Of a DNA stretch of 64,000 nt, positions 40,539-53,860 are shown in pieces. Position 1 is the stretch's first letter. Each line of letters begins with the position of its first letter. The position numbers and the translations under genes were made by a program. The notes beneath the pieces are model-generated. The model was given only the letters and a program-made list of their open reading frames with translations, was not told where the DNA came from and did not search any database. The stretch comes from Nageia nagi (lineage: Eukaryota > Plantae > Pinophyta). The stretch is from positions 65,844,001 through 65,908,000 of the forward strand of contig JBITNC010000001.1 in NCBI GenBank assembly GCA_050084985.1, given 5' to 3'.

Positions 40539-41494
40539 TGGTGCATGATTCAAAAAGACAAAATCTTGTCTTTTGAAATCATGCGATTGGACCTGGAGGT
40601 CGTCCAAACTAGAAGAGAGACTCGAAAATGCAATCTAGGGCACTTGCAAGACCAACGCATGCCTCCAAGAAACAAAATCTTGTCTTTTTGGGCATGCGCC
40701 AAGCACATGAAGCAGGTTGGAACGAAAAGTCTAAGGCAAGGGCATAACAAGGCTGGCACATGGTTTCAAAGACCAAAACTTGTCTTTTTGAACCATGCGA
40801 CTTGGCCAGGAGGAAGAATTGATCAAGTTCAAGAGTCGGAAAGTGAACCTCAAGCACTTAGGAGGTTGGCGCATGCCTCAAAAAGACAAAATCTTGTCTT
40901 TTTGAACCATGTGCCAAGCCTCGAAGGGCTTCAAGTTCGAGCAACAGGGAAAAAAATTGACAAGTCATGTACCTAGAAACCTCAAGATCAACTCAAGCAC
41001 ACGTAGGGGGTCTGGCGCCTGATCTCAAAAGACAAATTCTTGACTTTTTGAGACATGTACCAAGCCCAGGAAGCCTCCAAGATTCAGGAAAGATAAAAAT
41101 TAGGCAAAGGCAAGAGCACTTAAGTATCAAATCACGAAGATTAGGCCATCTGGAGGTTGGCACATGATTCAAAAAGACAAAAACTTGTCTTTTTGAACCA
41201 TGCGACCAGGATGGATGGGTAGGCAAGGCTGGCGCATGCCTCAAAGTCACAAACTTGACTTTTGGAACCATGCGCCGAGCTTACAAGCTGCCCAGGTTGG
41301 GATGAGAGATCAAAATTGTTAAGTTCAGCCAACAGAAAGAGCAAAAATTAGGAGAAATCAAGTTACTGAGTAAGTTTCGTGATCAAGGCAGGCAAGCAAG
41401 CAAGCAAGATACCCAACGTTGGGAGCATGCTCACCCCCAAGGTTGGCGCATGATTTAAAAAGTCACAATTTTGTCTTTTTTTGTCATGCACCAA
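40539..41494. repeat. Array of 8 palindromic ~48-50 bp units (GCATG.TTCAAAAAGACAA-loop-TTGTCTTTTTGAA.CATGC) with unique spacers
   Basis: Units start near 40540, 40656, 40755, 40867, 41013, 41158, 41230 and 41443. Confidence 0.9.
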
Positions 41495-41648
41495 GCCAGT
41501 TTGAGCTCCAAAACTCCAACGTCTGAGCATAGATAGCTTTTCATGAATTTTTGGGTCAGCACACATCTCGAGGTCAGCCAAATGGAGGACTGAAATGATG
41601 TTTGCTAGTAACCCTAGCCGATTAGGGCAAGCTGGGAGCCAGTTGGGC

Positions 41649-41656
41649 TATAAATA
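41649..41656 (+). promoter_or_regulatory. Candidate TATA box between the palindrome array and the F2 ORF
   Basis: ggcTATAAATAcaag. Confidence 0.5.
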
Positions 41657-41929
41657 CAAGCCTGGGGACCTCATTTTCTCAAATCCAAAATTTGCTCCTC
41701 TTCCACTTTTGCCCCAGAATAGTAGCAAATTGCAGATTTTTGCGCTCAAATTCCATCATTCATGCATCCTAGGGCTTGCGCAAGCACTTGGAGGCAAGCT
41801 ACTCTAACATGGGGTGTCTTCTCCACCTAGAAACCCGCGCACCACCATTGAGGAGCAAAGTTGTAAGCTAGAACATCATTACTTCTTCCCAGGGTAATTT
41901 AGCTTCAAACTTCGCTAGGGACCTTGAGA

Positions 41930-44900
41930 GGTTGAGATAGGATTGTATCATCACCATTTGCAAGAGGCAAGACCCCTTTCCCCAAGGGGCTGAGTTCTCC
42001 AAGAATGGATTGGCCACTATCAGAGACACAAACTAGCAGGTGAATCAACAAGTAAAAACAAGACATTGTCTTCTTCTCTAGGCTCTCAAATTGCACCTTC
42101 GTCCCATTCACAGCTTCGTTCCCAGAGTTGTGCTTGGAGATTGGCCAGCATTGGAAGAAGGATGAGAGGTGCTCCGGGATATCAAAGGCAATATCATCAT
42201 GGACTTAAGCCCCAAAGCCATCAAGGTAGCATTTCAATGGACTTCGAAGGGCAACTTTGAGTATACGAAGGAAGAGTCGTTGGCATGCTATCGAGACACA
42301 AATAGGGCAGCCGCAACAATCAAGAGTTGGATGCTGGACAAACACCATGGCCTAAAGGGAAACGCACTCATCAATGCCCCTCGCTCCCACTTCTATCCAT
42401 CCGTGGAATTAATGATCCTCATTCAAGAGTTCTCGAGAAGGAGGATGTGCCCAAATTCTGGAAGGAGTTCTCCGACTTCATTGTAGAGATAGATAGAGGG
42501 AAGAAGATCAAGTGGAGCAAGGTGTTGAGTTATAACATCATGGACCAGTTGTCATCAGTGGGAACCACACGCAAATTCTACCTCAACTCTTATTAGGTGT
42601 ACCTGCTACTTCACGGCAAGCAAAGGCCTACAACTTTAGGGGAGGCAAACTTGATTGAGAAAAGAATATATGCCATATGGAAATATTACCCTAAGAGGAG
42701 GATCAAGAGGAGATGGGAGAACTTCACGATGAAGAGTGATGGATGGGAATATGAGATCTACAAAAAGTTTAAGGGAGAAATCATTGTTGCTAGGATCTCA
42801 AACTCAGCCCAGGATGCGTTGAGGAAGCATGGAGACTTCTTCATCCATCACCAACATTACTCCTACATTCACCTCTATGGATCAGCTATGGAGCCATATC
42901 AACTGCCTCGGTATGTGAGCCACACGATGCCCGTGATGGAGATGATGAGACAATTGACCTACCTACATGAGCACGTTTGGCAAAAGAAGTCAACCACTTC
43001 CAATTTGTTGGTCATTAACCGGCACCCAACGGACGGATCGGCAACCCCGACGACGTGAATTCCATGATAGAGGAATTGGGAAAGTACAACTTCAAGAAGA
43101 TGCTAGCTGCCACCCACTATGATCCTAAGCACCGAATCCATGACTTCTACATGAAGGAAAGGAAGAGGGCCTATAAGCATAGGCCACTTAGAGACAAGGA
43201 ATCATTTCAAAATGTCAACACTGAAGTGGAAGTGAAGAAGATTCGTGCCAAGATGCAAGAAGAGGCTCATAAGCAACAACAGGAAGTGGAGGCATCTATT
43301 CATAAGAAGTTGTCTCAGTCTCAGGGAAAGAAGTACAAGAATCCACCTCTAGAGTCACTCACTTTCCACTGACGATTGAGGAGCCCATCAAACAGTATGC
43401 ATCCATGCACGAGAAGAATTCAATTGAACAAGTAGTGCAACAAGTTAGAGATACAATTGATGAACATGATGTGAGGGAATTAGAGCATGTGGCAACCAAC
43501 AAGGTGGTGAGATGTGTGAGGAACAAAGAAGCAGATTCATCGCCACCCCAAAGGCCACCAAGAACAATAGTGTCACGTCCATCTTAGACCGTTCCACCAT
43601 CAGGATCAAAATCATCAGGCCACTTGTACAAACATGATAACACCCCTGAGAGAGAACAAGCAATTGAGTAGGAAGACAATGATCGTTAGAGCATGCTTGC
43701 AGAAGGAGAATATCAGAGCATACCTAAAGATGAATCCGATGAAGAGCCAAAGAATGGGCACGCAGCTAGTACTGTTCCCGGAGACAATATTTAGGATGCC
43801 CAAGATGAAGAGCCGTCTCTTGAGATATTGAAGCAGGTCCACAACCATGACATTCCAAAGCCTTCAACATCTCAAGGGAAAAACAAAGATCCAACCCCTA
43901 AGTCGGTACCAAGGAGAGTGCAAATGAAGAGGGGATCTCAATCCAGATTGTCGATGACATTCAGCGACGTTGCAAGACAAGGAGGGAGGACTTCGAAGAG
44001 ACTCAAGGAAAATGCCATCGTTGTTGCTGAAGCAGTAGTAGAAACCCATTAACCTTCGCCTAATCATGAGTGGGGTATGGATATAAACGAGTGCCTCGAC
44101 ATCTTTAACATGGATGTTGGAGAGGAGTTCACAGTTAGAGGAGCTGACGATCAGATTGGGGAGAGTTCTACTCGTTTGGGGAGGAATCAAACTTATGTAC
44201 ACGACTGATAATGCAGTATGCATTAACACTATAGTGGTTGACAAGGATAACTCCCAGCTCCCCAAGGACTTGAAGCAAATCAATCAGATCATTAACACAA
44301 GCCCCATTGGCATGGTTGGCAGAAAACACGCGATCATCTCGAACACCGAGGCAATCGCAAAGGATGGGCTACTAAAGGAGAAAGAGATAAAGAGCTTGAA
44401 GAAAGAGTTAGTTGCCCAGAAGAGACTGACTCGTGAGCTTGAGTCAGCCAAGGTGCCTACAGAGAGCTTAGGAAGGTGAGACCCCTCAAAGAAGGCATGA
44501 TGACAGTAAAACCGGAAGTGATGGATGAGGTCTTAGCAATATTGAGGAAATTCGTTGAGGCCCTTCACAAGATCTCATTCGAGGAAGATAAGTTGAAGTA
44601 TATTGTCACCGAGAGGGTTAGATTGCACAGGATTTTAGACTCCCACAAACCCATGATACTGAGATTTGAGGTAACACAGGCTCAGAAGCCCGAGGATACT
44701 AAGTTTTGTGAGGATTATTGGTTCTATTGGGGCGTAAATAGTCAAGTGCTCACTTGCTTCCAGCAAACCAAGAAGGAGGTGACCACGATCAATGATAGGG
44801 CCCACTCATGTATTGAGCAGATGGACTTTCAAGTGCAGTTCTTGGAAGAGAACACCACCATTTGGGTGGTCGATAAGGTAGTGGCAGAGGTTAGACACCT

Positions 44901-45144
44901 TCTTCACACCCTGATAATGACAGAAGACGTCAACTCCTATCAGTCAAGGAGTCATTTTAGGCATATGCTGCGAACTCATGCGTGGAAAGCTGAGATGCAA
45001 AAGCTGGTGGACGAGCTCAAGGACAGCGTTGCTATTAGCAGGCCGAAGTTCTCAGAGATGTTGCGCAGAGTGGAGCTTACAACGAGATCCATAGCTGACG
45101 GTTTCGAAGATCGAGTTGTGGGCTTGGGCCCACCATTGGCCTAA
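41930..45144 (+). pseudogene. F2 LTR-encoded ORF, copy 2 (~1000 codons, disrupted; start approximate)
   Basis: FVPFTASFPELCLEIG near 42095-42145 aligns to F1 MVPFATPFPELCYELG. ORFs 42169, 42327, 42597, 43055, 43828, 44114 and 44476 follow. Confidence 0.8.
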
Positions 45145-48139
45145 TTGCTATTTTGGAATAATTTAGTTTATTTTCATAAAAGTTTTATTTTCCAGCTAGA
45201 CATTTTTAATAATATTTTATTTCGAAACTCGTCAAGGATGAGGATTTACTCCCACGAGTTTGGGATAAACTTTGTAACGCCATGTGGCATATTTTTGTTG
45301 GATTAGGCATTTTGCAAATTGTGCTACTTACACAATATTTTCAAACTTGCAAGTTTCCCTATTTTGTAATTGTGATATAATTTCAAGTAATTGAAGTAAG
45401 CATATTTTCATTTGGAACTATGGATGTGAATGGGTATTACATCTCTATGCTATCTTGAGTGTTTGGAGCATTTTGTAAATCTTGCTAAGGTGGACAAAAG
45501 AGTGCCTGAAAATCTTTTGAAATATTTCAAGTAGTGTATGGTTGTGACGTTTCATAGTTTGCACATTGGACTAATATGTTTTAAGATGACTCATGTATGT
45601 CGTTTAATATAGGAACTTCACTCCCTATTTGAGTTCTACCCACATCGTATCTTTCTTTTCCATTGCCTTAGCGCCAAGCACCCCTTGTTAGGACACTCGT
45701 GTTGTTGTCTTCCAAGTCGGATTCGGAGTGCATGGAACCTAGGCCAAACCCGTACGAGTCCAATCTTAGAAATCCATAATAGTTGGTGAGAATATCGCCC
45801 CTCGAGCCGAATTCATATATCACCATCTTCTCACAACCTCTTTTACTTCCAATCATACAAGTTACTCAATTTGTGAATTTGGTATGATCTCAAGCAATTG
45901 AATAGTGAATGCTCTCATTGATGGAATCATGATCATGTGTTGAATCCTTTTTGGTTGAATGATATTACTACCTTGGGTTGCTCAAGTTTACTTGGTTCAT
46001 TTCATAAACCTTGTGTTGAGGTGGATGAAAGAATTTGTTGAAGACTATTTGAAGTGATCACTGAGTGAGATAAAACATGTAATGGTTCATGATTTGCATA
46101 TTAGACTAGTGTCGTTTGGGATGACTCCTTTTATGTTGCTTAGTGCAAGAACTTCACTCCATTGTTGACGATTCACCCACAACCTATCTTACAACCACCC
46201 TTGCCTATAGCTTCACGCTCTTTACATTGCTTCATTCGTGTAGTTGGGTAGTGATAAAGAGGAGTGCGTGGAACTTGCATCAAGCCTAAAAGTCGTAGAT
46301 CCCATTCCTTGCACCAGTCGATGAGACCATATGTACTTGTGCCCGACTCATATACCATTGTCTAATCTACCCCTTTTCTTTTATTTTTCACTTTTTTGCA
46401 CAGCTTTTGCAACCCATCTTTTTTATTTTTTTGAGAAACAACCACTTTCTAGAGATAGGGCCCCTTTGAGTCCTTGATTAACTATGATGATCCAAATTAA
46501 AACTCAACCACAAACTAGCAAACTCGGACCATCAAACCCTAACGTCATGTCTAGGGAATCAACAAACAATCATACAAACCCTCAAATGCCAACGTTAGGG
46601 TTAGAACATGCAATGCGCTTTACAGGAATGGAAATACACCAACGTCTAGCAATTACAAGCATATAGCAATGAACATCACATCACAATGCCAACATTTGGC
46701 TCATACATGTACAATGAAGCAAAGACAATCCAACGCATGCACAAGTATGGAATACAACACATAAATGAGATCCGAAACCCTTTGGTTGTATATAAATGAT
46801 ATGCAATGAATACAATACAATACCAAGCCTTAATAGGTAGTTGTTGGCCTCCTGGAAGCCAAATAGGGCACAACACTCTGATCTCTCCAACACTGGACAA
46901 CTGTAGAACCATGGGATAGATTCACTCCCTAAGACCTCGAATCCTCTCCACTGAAGGAGCCCTCCTTGAACTCTAGCTAACTGACTGAACAGTAGAAGTA
47001 AACCCTTGGTATGCCACCGGATGGGCAAAGGTCCTCCACCAATGTTGTAGATAACCAGGATCCCACTACCTGATTACCCTCGAAACGCTCCATCTAGGAA
47101 TGGTATGCTTAGCGCCACTAAGACTCTGTGTCCGAAGGACTATGGTAGGAGTGTAATAATAATCAAGCATGTCCAGTAATGAGCCTCCAGTGTCTATTTA
47201 TACATTTGCTTTGTCCGGATCTCATCTAGAAATCATATCTCTAATCCCAAGTCCAACGTTAGCCTAGGGATGCCAATAATTACAAGATCCAATGGCTAAG
47301 TATGCAATGCCTTATTATTGAAGACTAATATTGCATTTACAATTATTAATTGCCTTAGAATCATATATTACAACTCATACAAGTGGCCCCCATCAAGTAT
47401 ACTAGATCTAATATAAATTACCAAGCTCACACGTAAATATAATAAGTAATCAACTCCTATCCCAAGGAGTAGGATGTCACATCTCAAGGAGTCAATATGA
47501 AAATGTTTATGGATTTCCATGGGTGGCCACGATATGGAAGACTCGTCCAACTAGCAACTTCAAGAGACCATAACTCCTCCGTTTCCTGATGAAACCATGT
47601 CGTGTAACCTATCAAAACATTTCCCAGGAGATGCCCTATCCAAAGAACAGATCAAATCAACTCTCCATGACCAATGGCGAACTCTATCCTCACAAATAGG
47701 TGCATGAACATAACATTTGCAAAAGGGGCATCACAAAGCCTCCCCTCTCGAGATTCCTTGCCCTTAAGCAATTCAGTATGATCCAGGGTCCCAAATCCAT
47801 CTCAAGGGATAGAGTCCATCCTGCTCAAGTGAAGGAATCATATCAACTATGCATCCAACAAACTTAACCTCAAGAGTGTGCTCAATGACCTTCCACAAAT
47901 TAGCAAGTGTATGATACTCAAGTCTAAAATGAAAATCAGCATGCAATGGCTCAATCCTGAAGAAACACAGGGGTGTACACATATGGAAGTCTTCGAGAGG
48001 ATATACCTACAAAAACCTCAAGTAAATCATATGTGAGTATAAATAGGTGGAGCCTTTGCTCCCAATTTGAGGCCAAGCTATCTCTAATTCCATCATGGAG
48101 TCCAAAACTCCTCCAACTATTAGTGTGAAGCCAAAAACT

Positions 48140-50760
48140 TCCCCATCCTCCAACGTGGGGTGCCAAGCTACTTTCTGGTCCATCATCAAGTGCACAAGCC
48201 TTCCCAAGCCCAACGTGGGAAGCCAACACCTCATCAACCCAATTGTTGGGTTTCCAAGCCCCATCAACACCACCATAGAGTGCTCAAACTCCTCCATGCA
48301 CCAAAATCCCTCGAGCTCCCATGTGAGGCGCAAAAGTCTTCCTAAGTTCATCGTGGCGTGTAAGAGCTACTCCAAACCCAACATGCAAGTCTCAGTCTCC
48401 TTCAGGCATCATGTGAGGGGTAGAAGCTCCCTCAAGTCCAGTGTGGGGTGGAAATCCTCCTCAAGGCTCCACGTGTGGTATCTATCCTTCCTAAGGCCCA
48501 GCATGAGGAACCAACACTTACCAAATCTCTCCAGGTCAAACGTGAGGTGTCCTAATCTCTCCATATTCACCATCATGCACAAACACCCCTCAACCAACCA
48601 TGTGAAGTGTAGCAATTCCTTTAAGCCCAACGTGAGATGACAGAGCTCCTTTAGGTTCACTGTGGCATGTCTGGCTCTCCAGATGTCCAATGTGGGATGG
48701 CCATCATCATCACACCTCAACGTAGCAAGTCTAATCTCCCAATGACTCCACGTAGGATGCCTAGGCTCCCAATAGCCTGACGTGGCATGCCTAGCTCTCC
48801 AAGGGCCCAACGTGGGAAGACAAGATTCCTTCAAGCTCAATGTCTGGTGGTAAACTCCTCTTATGACCATCGTGAGGTAACAAGCTACCTCCATTGCTAA
48901 TATGGCAGTTTTCTACCCTTGCACATTAGACTCCTTGAAATCAACAGTCAATCCATCTTCATACACACCCTTATGACCAAGGGAACAGTCTTCCAAACAT
49001 GCGGAGGCAACATGCCTCCAAGTACAAAATGCAGCCTACCTTGTATGAGGAATTGCCAACAATCCCTCCAATGTAGGCCCTAAATCTATCATCAAGAGCA
49101 CAACTGCATCATCCACCAAGGCTACGAAGTCAACCTCAACGTTAATCAAGTTTGTATTTCATGGTTCCATTGCAAACATAGCTCGACACCATATGGCAAT
49201 TCTTCTTACTTCTTCAAACGCAGAAAGCAATTGAATCTCAGGACTGAAACCAAGCTCAATTTCTAATATAACAAAACCAGCACCCAATACAAGGCGAATC
49301 TCCTCATCAAATACAGCCCAAACTCTGTGCCATGTAGTCCAGTGAAGATATGTAATAACGATAGTCCCAAAGAAGTACAAATGCATGTAAGGAATGTCCA
49401 ATGCTTCAGCCCTCCCTAATGCAGTCGAAATGATAGCTAAATCAGTCTTAGAATTATCCCAAACAATCCTCACACCAACAGCCTTTCTTTCCCGCGTGCA
49501 GTCATAAAATGCAATCTCAATTGCTTGAAAGAAGGGATGAGAATGTAGGACAGCAGACTTCTGGTTATCAGCCATTAATGCAGCCTCTACCTCCTTCATG
49601 ACAGTCCAATTTTCATCATACAAAACAACAACAATTGATACCATGATCTTCTCACATGCAACCCAAATGAAGGTCATATCTCTGATGCAAATCATAGTAG
49701 GCACAAGGAACTCAAACCTGTCACCATGTGTAATCCTAAATGATGTTGGATCAACCACCCATAATGTGACAATAATCCTCCCTGTAGTCCTCATGTGTTG
49801 CTCAAGTCCAGCCTCAACAACAGCCCCAAACTACATGTAAAATGCAGTCCAAAATGTTTGCAACATTGTCAACGTTTCAGTCCTAGTTGTCTCCACAATC
49901 ACCAAATGCGCAGTAACTCCCAAGCTCCTCACGGCTAGTATGACGCAAGAAACCACCTCATCCTCCATCTCCTGGAATGTCCATGAGGGGAATGCAACTT
50001 CACTCAAGCTCAACGATGGGTGCCCATCACCATGACACCTCTCAGCAACAATTCTGGCCTTCCCAATCCTCAACGTGGGGTGCCCATCACCATGACACCT
50101 CTCAACAACAATTCTGGCCTTCCCAATCCTAAACGTGGGTCTCCAATTCTCCTAGCAACTCAATGTGGGATGGTGACCCCCCTGGCAGCTCAACGTGGTA
50201 AGATGCCTCCCAAATGCTCCATGTGGGGTGGCTCCTCCTCAGGAAACTCAACGTGGGCTGGCAGACCTCCAATGTGCCCAACGTGGTGTGGAAGACCCCC
50301 CGGATATCCAATGTCAGGGTTCTAGCTCCTCCATGACCGATCCCTCCTTGCTCCTCAAGCTGTACATTCCTCCCTGAGGCTGAGAGCACTGGATGTGTAG
50401 TGCTCCCCTCTAAATCCTCCAAATCTGAATGTTCTTCTTTAGGGAATGAAACCGAAAGTGGAATGCTTCTATTGACCTCAAGACCTCCACTCTTCACTTC
50501 TCTCCCATGAGACAATCTCCAGAAATCTCTGGATATCAGTCTGGAATGCTTTGTAACTTAAACAGCTGCTCCTTGGCCTCCCCAAAATGCAACATGGAAC
50601 CGCCCTTGGCTGGTGTGACAATGTAGCTTAACACGGGATGGTGGTCCTCCCAGACACCCAACATGGCATGGCGAACTCCTTGGATGCTCAACGTGGTTGG
50701 CAAATCTCCAATATGCTCAACATTGGGGTCCTATCTCCTCCATGACCCAACATGGCTCCT
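48140..50760. repeat. Two blocks of ~30-bp-period CCAACGTGG-type repeats (48140-48900, 50000-50760), including a ~60-bp tandem duplication at 50011-50135
   Basis: Recurrent (c/t)caacgtgg(g) and ccaatgtggg motifs. Confidence 0.75.
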
Positions 50761-51325
50761 CTTGGCTCCTCAGGCTGCAATGTAGCCTCTCCTACCTTCT
50801 TCTCTCAATCCAAGACAGTATCCTCCTCCATAACTCCCTTCTGGTCTAGACATTAGGGTTTTGATTGGCTCCAACCCTCCAACGTTGGCCTTCTACCAAG
50901 CAACCACTCCATACCCCAACAGATCTTGGTACATATGGAAAGTAACATCTCTCTGGAATTCTTTGGCGATGCTATGGTAGATCCAGAGCAAGATCTCAAT
51001 CCTCAGTGGTGTCTTGTGCGGTGGCACGGATCTGGGTTGCCATACCTCTCCTTTCTTCTTGCTCATCCTCTTCGCATGCCATTCTCCCAAGAACCAGATG
51101 AGATTCTCTTTTTCCTCTGGAGGAACCTTCTCCTCTTCAAATCTTCGAAGCAACTGGTGGAAACCCCTTTGGCCATACCTAGACTTATTCACTCTGACTG
51201 TAGATTTGTCCTTCATCCCCTCAAGTGGCAAGATCTTGGGCTCTGATACCACTTGTGATGATCCAAATTAAAACTCAACCAAAAACTATCAAACTCGGAC
51301 CATCAAATCCTGACATCAGGTCTAG

Positions 51326-51598
<273 letters not shown>

Positions 51599-52451
51599 TA
51601 AATTGATTATATTAAAAACAAATAATATATATATTATCTTATATCCAATTAATAAAATTAGTTTTATTAATAGTATAATTATATCTTAATAAAACTATTA
51701 AGATAGAATTAATTAATAATATGATTAAAATAGTATAAAATATAATAATATTGTATAAAATAATATCATTACCATAATACTAATAATTAATATTATAAAA
51801 TAAAATAATTTATTTTAATATTATTCTAAATCAATTATAAACTAATAATTTTATTAATAATATCATTAATATAAATATTAGTAATAATATTAGTATTATA
51901 TTTATTATCTATTATTGATAATATATATAATATTATTAGTAATGATTATATTATTAATTAATATTATTTTAATAAATAATATATATTATTAATTAATTTT
52001 ATTAATACTATCATTCTATCTATTATAAATAAGGAAATGAAGATATATTAATAATATATCTTTATTGTGATAAGATACTAATATATTATTAATTAATTAA
52101 TATGATCTAATTTATTAGATTAATAATATATATCTAATAATAATACTAATAATAGATATATTAAGATAATATTATTGTAATATATTATTATTAATAGATT
52201 ATTATTATTTATAATTATAATTGGTATAAGTTATTAATTGGTCTATTCCTTTTAATAATAATAATATAGATATGTCATAATCAATATCTATTTATTAGAA
52301 AAGAAGCATAGGAACTAATAATGTATATTTCTATTTATTACTATTATCTACTCATTCTTATTCGCTCACATCAAAAATATAGTGTTAAAAAATGAACATA
52401 GAGGTTTATCTATGAGATTGATATAAAGATTCGTATTAATTTCGTGATAAG

Positions 52452-52495
52452 AGAGGTACATGGACAGCCATCTGATCCCCATCAAAGTCCACGTT
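52452..52495 (-). pseudogene. rpoC1: Plastid RNA polymerase beta' catalytic-motif fragment (~45 bp)
   Basis: Minus strand AAC GTG GAC TTT GAT GGG GAT CAG ATG GCT GTC CAT GTA CCT = [14 protein letters not shown] (canonical [14 protein letters not shown]). Confidence 0.85.
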
Positions 52496-52768
52496 TGCTT
52501 ATCTCAATTTTTTCAATGCATCCATGCTAGGGCTAGTTATTAGCCCCAATCTGGTACAAATCTATATCATTTGGGAATTAGTAGGAATGTGCTCTTATTT
52601 ATTGATAGGATTCTGGTTTACGCTTGGTTTGTCAAAAAGCCTTTATAACAAACCGTGTAGAGGATTTCGGACTCTTATTAAGAATCCTAGGGTTTTATTG
52701 GGCAACAGGTAGTTTTGAATTTCACTATTTGTCTGAAAAATTACACAAATTCATTGCCAATGATGGAA
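52494..52768 (+). pseudogene. ndhF: NADH dehydrogenase subunit F fragment with internal deletion and frameshift
   Basis: [43 protein letters not shown] then [31 protein letters not shown]. Confidence 0.93.
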
Positions 52769-53541
52769 GAAATAGGATAATTTATAATTCTATGGATAGA
52801 TCCATAAAGAAAATATTTATAAATATTAGATTAATAATATTATATATTATTAATAAACTATATTGTTAATACTAATAATGAATTAATTATATTAATAAAT
52901 ATTTATTATAAGATATTAAATAATAGCTTTTAATCATATATTAATAATAAAAATGATTATAATTCTATAAAATAAATATTATCATTATTATAAATTAATA
53001 TTATTAATAATATAATATTGATAATATTAATTATTATAATATAAATATTATATTAATTATAGTTTATTATAATATAATAATAATATTATTAGTAATATAA
53101 TATTATAAATTAATTATAGTTTATTATAATATTATATTACTAATTATATATATATAAAAAAGATTATAAAATTACCCATGATATTAGTAATATAAATTAA
53201 TTAGATAATATGAATTATCTAATAATATAATATTATAATCTTATATTATTAGATAATCATATATTTATCAATAGAACTATAATAATATTTATATAATAAT
53301 TATATTTATTATTATGATAATATATTTTTTATACAATGATTATATTATACTTATCTAATTAATTTATATTATAGTTTATTAATTCATTATTAGGTTAATA
53401 ATATCTTATAAGATTATGATAATAATATTGTATTAATAATTAATAATAATATTAGTATTATATTTATAAATAATAAACTATATTATTATTAATAATATAA
53501 TATAATATTATTTATCTAAAAATAATATCATTATATTATAT

Positions 53542-53615
53542 CAGCCTAGAAGGGATTTGAACCCTTGACTCCAATGTCCGAAACCATGTGCTCTAATCCA
53601 CTCAGCTACCAACCC
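53542..53615 (-). tRNA. trnR-CCG: Plastid-derived tRNA-Arg(CCG) pseudogene (anticodon now reads TCG)
   Basis: GGGTTGGTAGCTGAGTGGATTAGAGCACATGGTTTCGGACATTGGAGTCAAGGGTTCAAATCCCTTCTAGGCTG: a cloverleaf with damaged stems. Confidence 0.7.
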
Positions 53616-53786
53616 CTACAAGGTAAAAAAGTATGTACTTGATTCATATATACATATATATGTGTCTATGCATAGACATAATGTAACGAAGTTATACTTC
53701 TTCGAGGAAATGAAGACATCCAATGTTTTATTGATCCAACAATAACATAATGTTATTACTGCGGACTAGTTGGTAGGCGATCTATT

Positions 53787-53860
53787 GGGATTGTAGTTCA
53801 ATTGGTTAGAGTACCGTCCTATCAAGACGGTAGTTGCGGGTTCGAGCCCTGTCGGTCCCG
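53787..53860 (+). tRNA. trnD-GUC: Plastid-derived tRNA-Asp(GUC) pseudogene (anticodon now reads ATC)
   Basis: GGGATTGTAGTTCAATTGGTTAGAGTACCGTCCTATCAAGACGGTAGTTGCGGGTTCGAGCCCTGTCGGTCCCG closely resembles plastid trnD. Confidence 0.88.

Larger units (their letters stand above)
40238..45844 (+). repeat. F2 giant LTR (3' LTR or nested sibling), 5' 5.6 kb
   Basis: Starts TGTTGTGACTAAAACACATGCCCC...GGAGACCC, like the F1 and F3 starts. 42320-45844 repeats 22304-25924. Confidence 0.75.

Noticed and set aside
40539-41494. CRISPR array (palindromic repeats with unique spacers)
   Set aside because: Plant retrotransposon context, no cas genes, degenerate repeats and highly variable spacer lengths.
53542-53860. 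Functional nuclear tRNA genes
   Set aside because: Plastid-type sequences inside a NUPT, with mutated anticodons and (for trnR) damaged stems.
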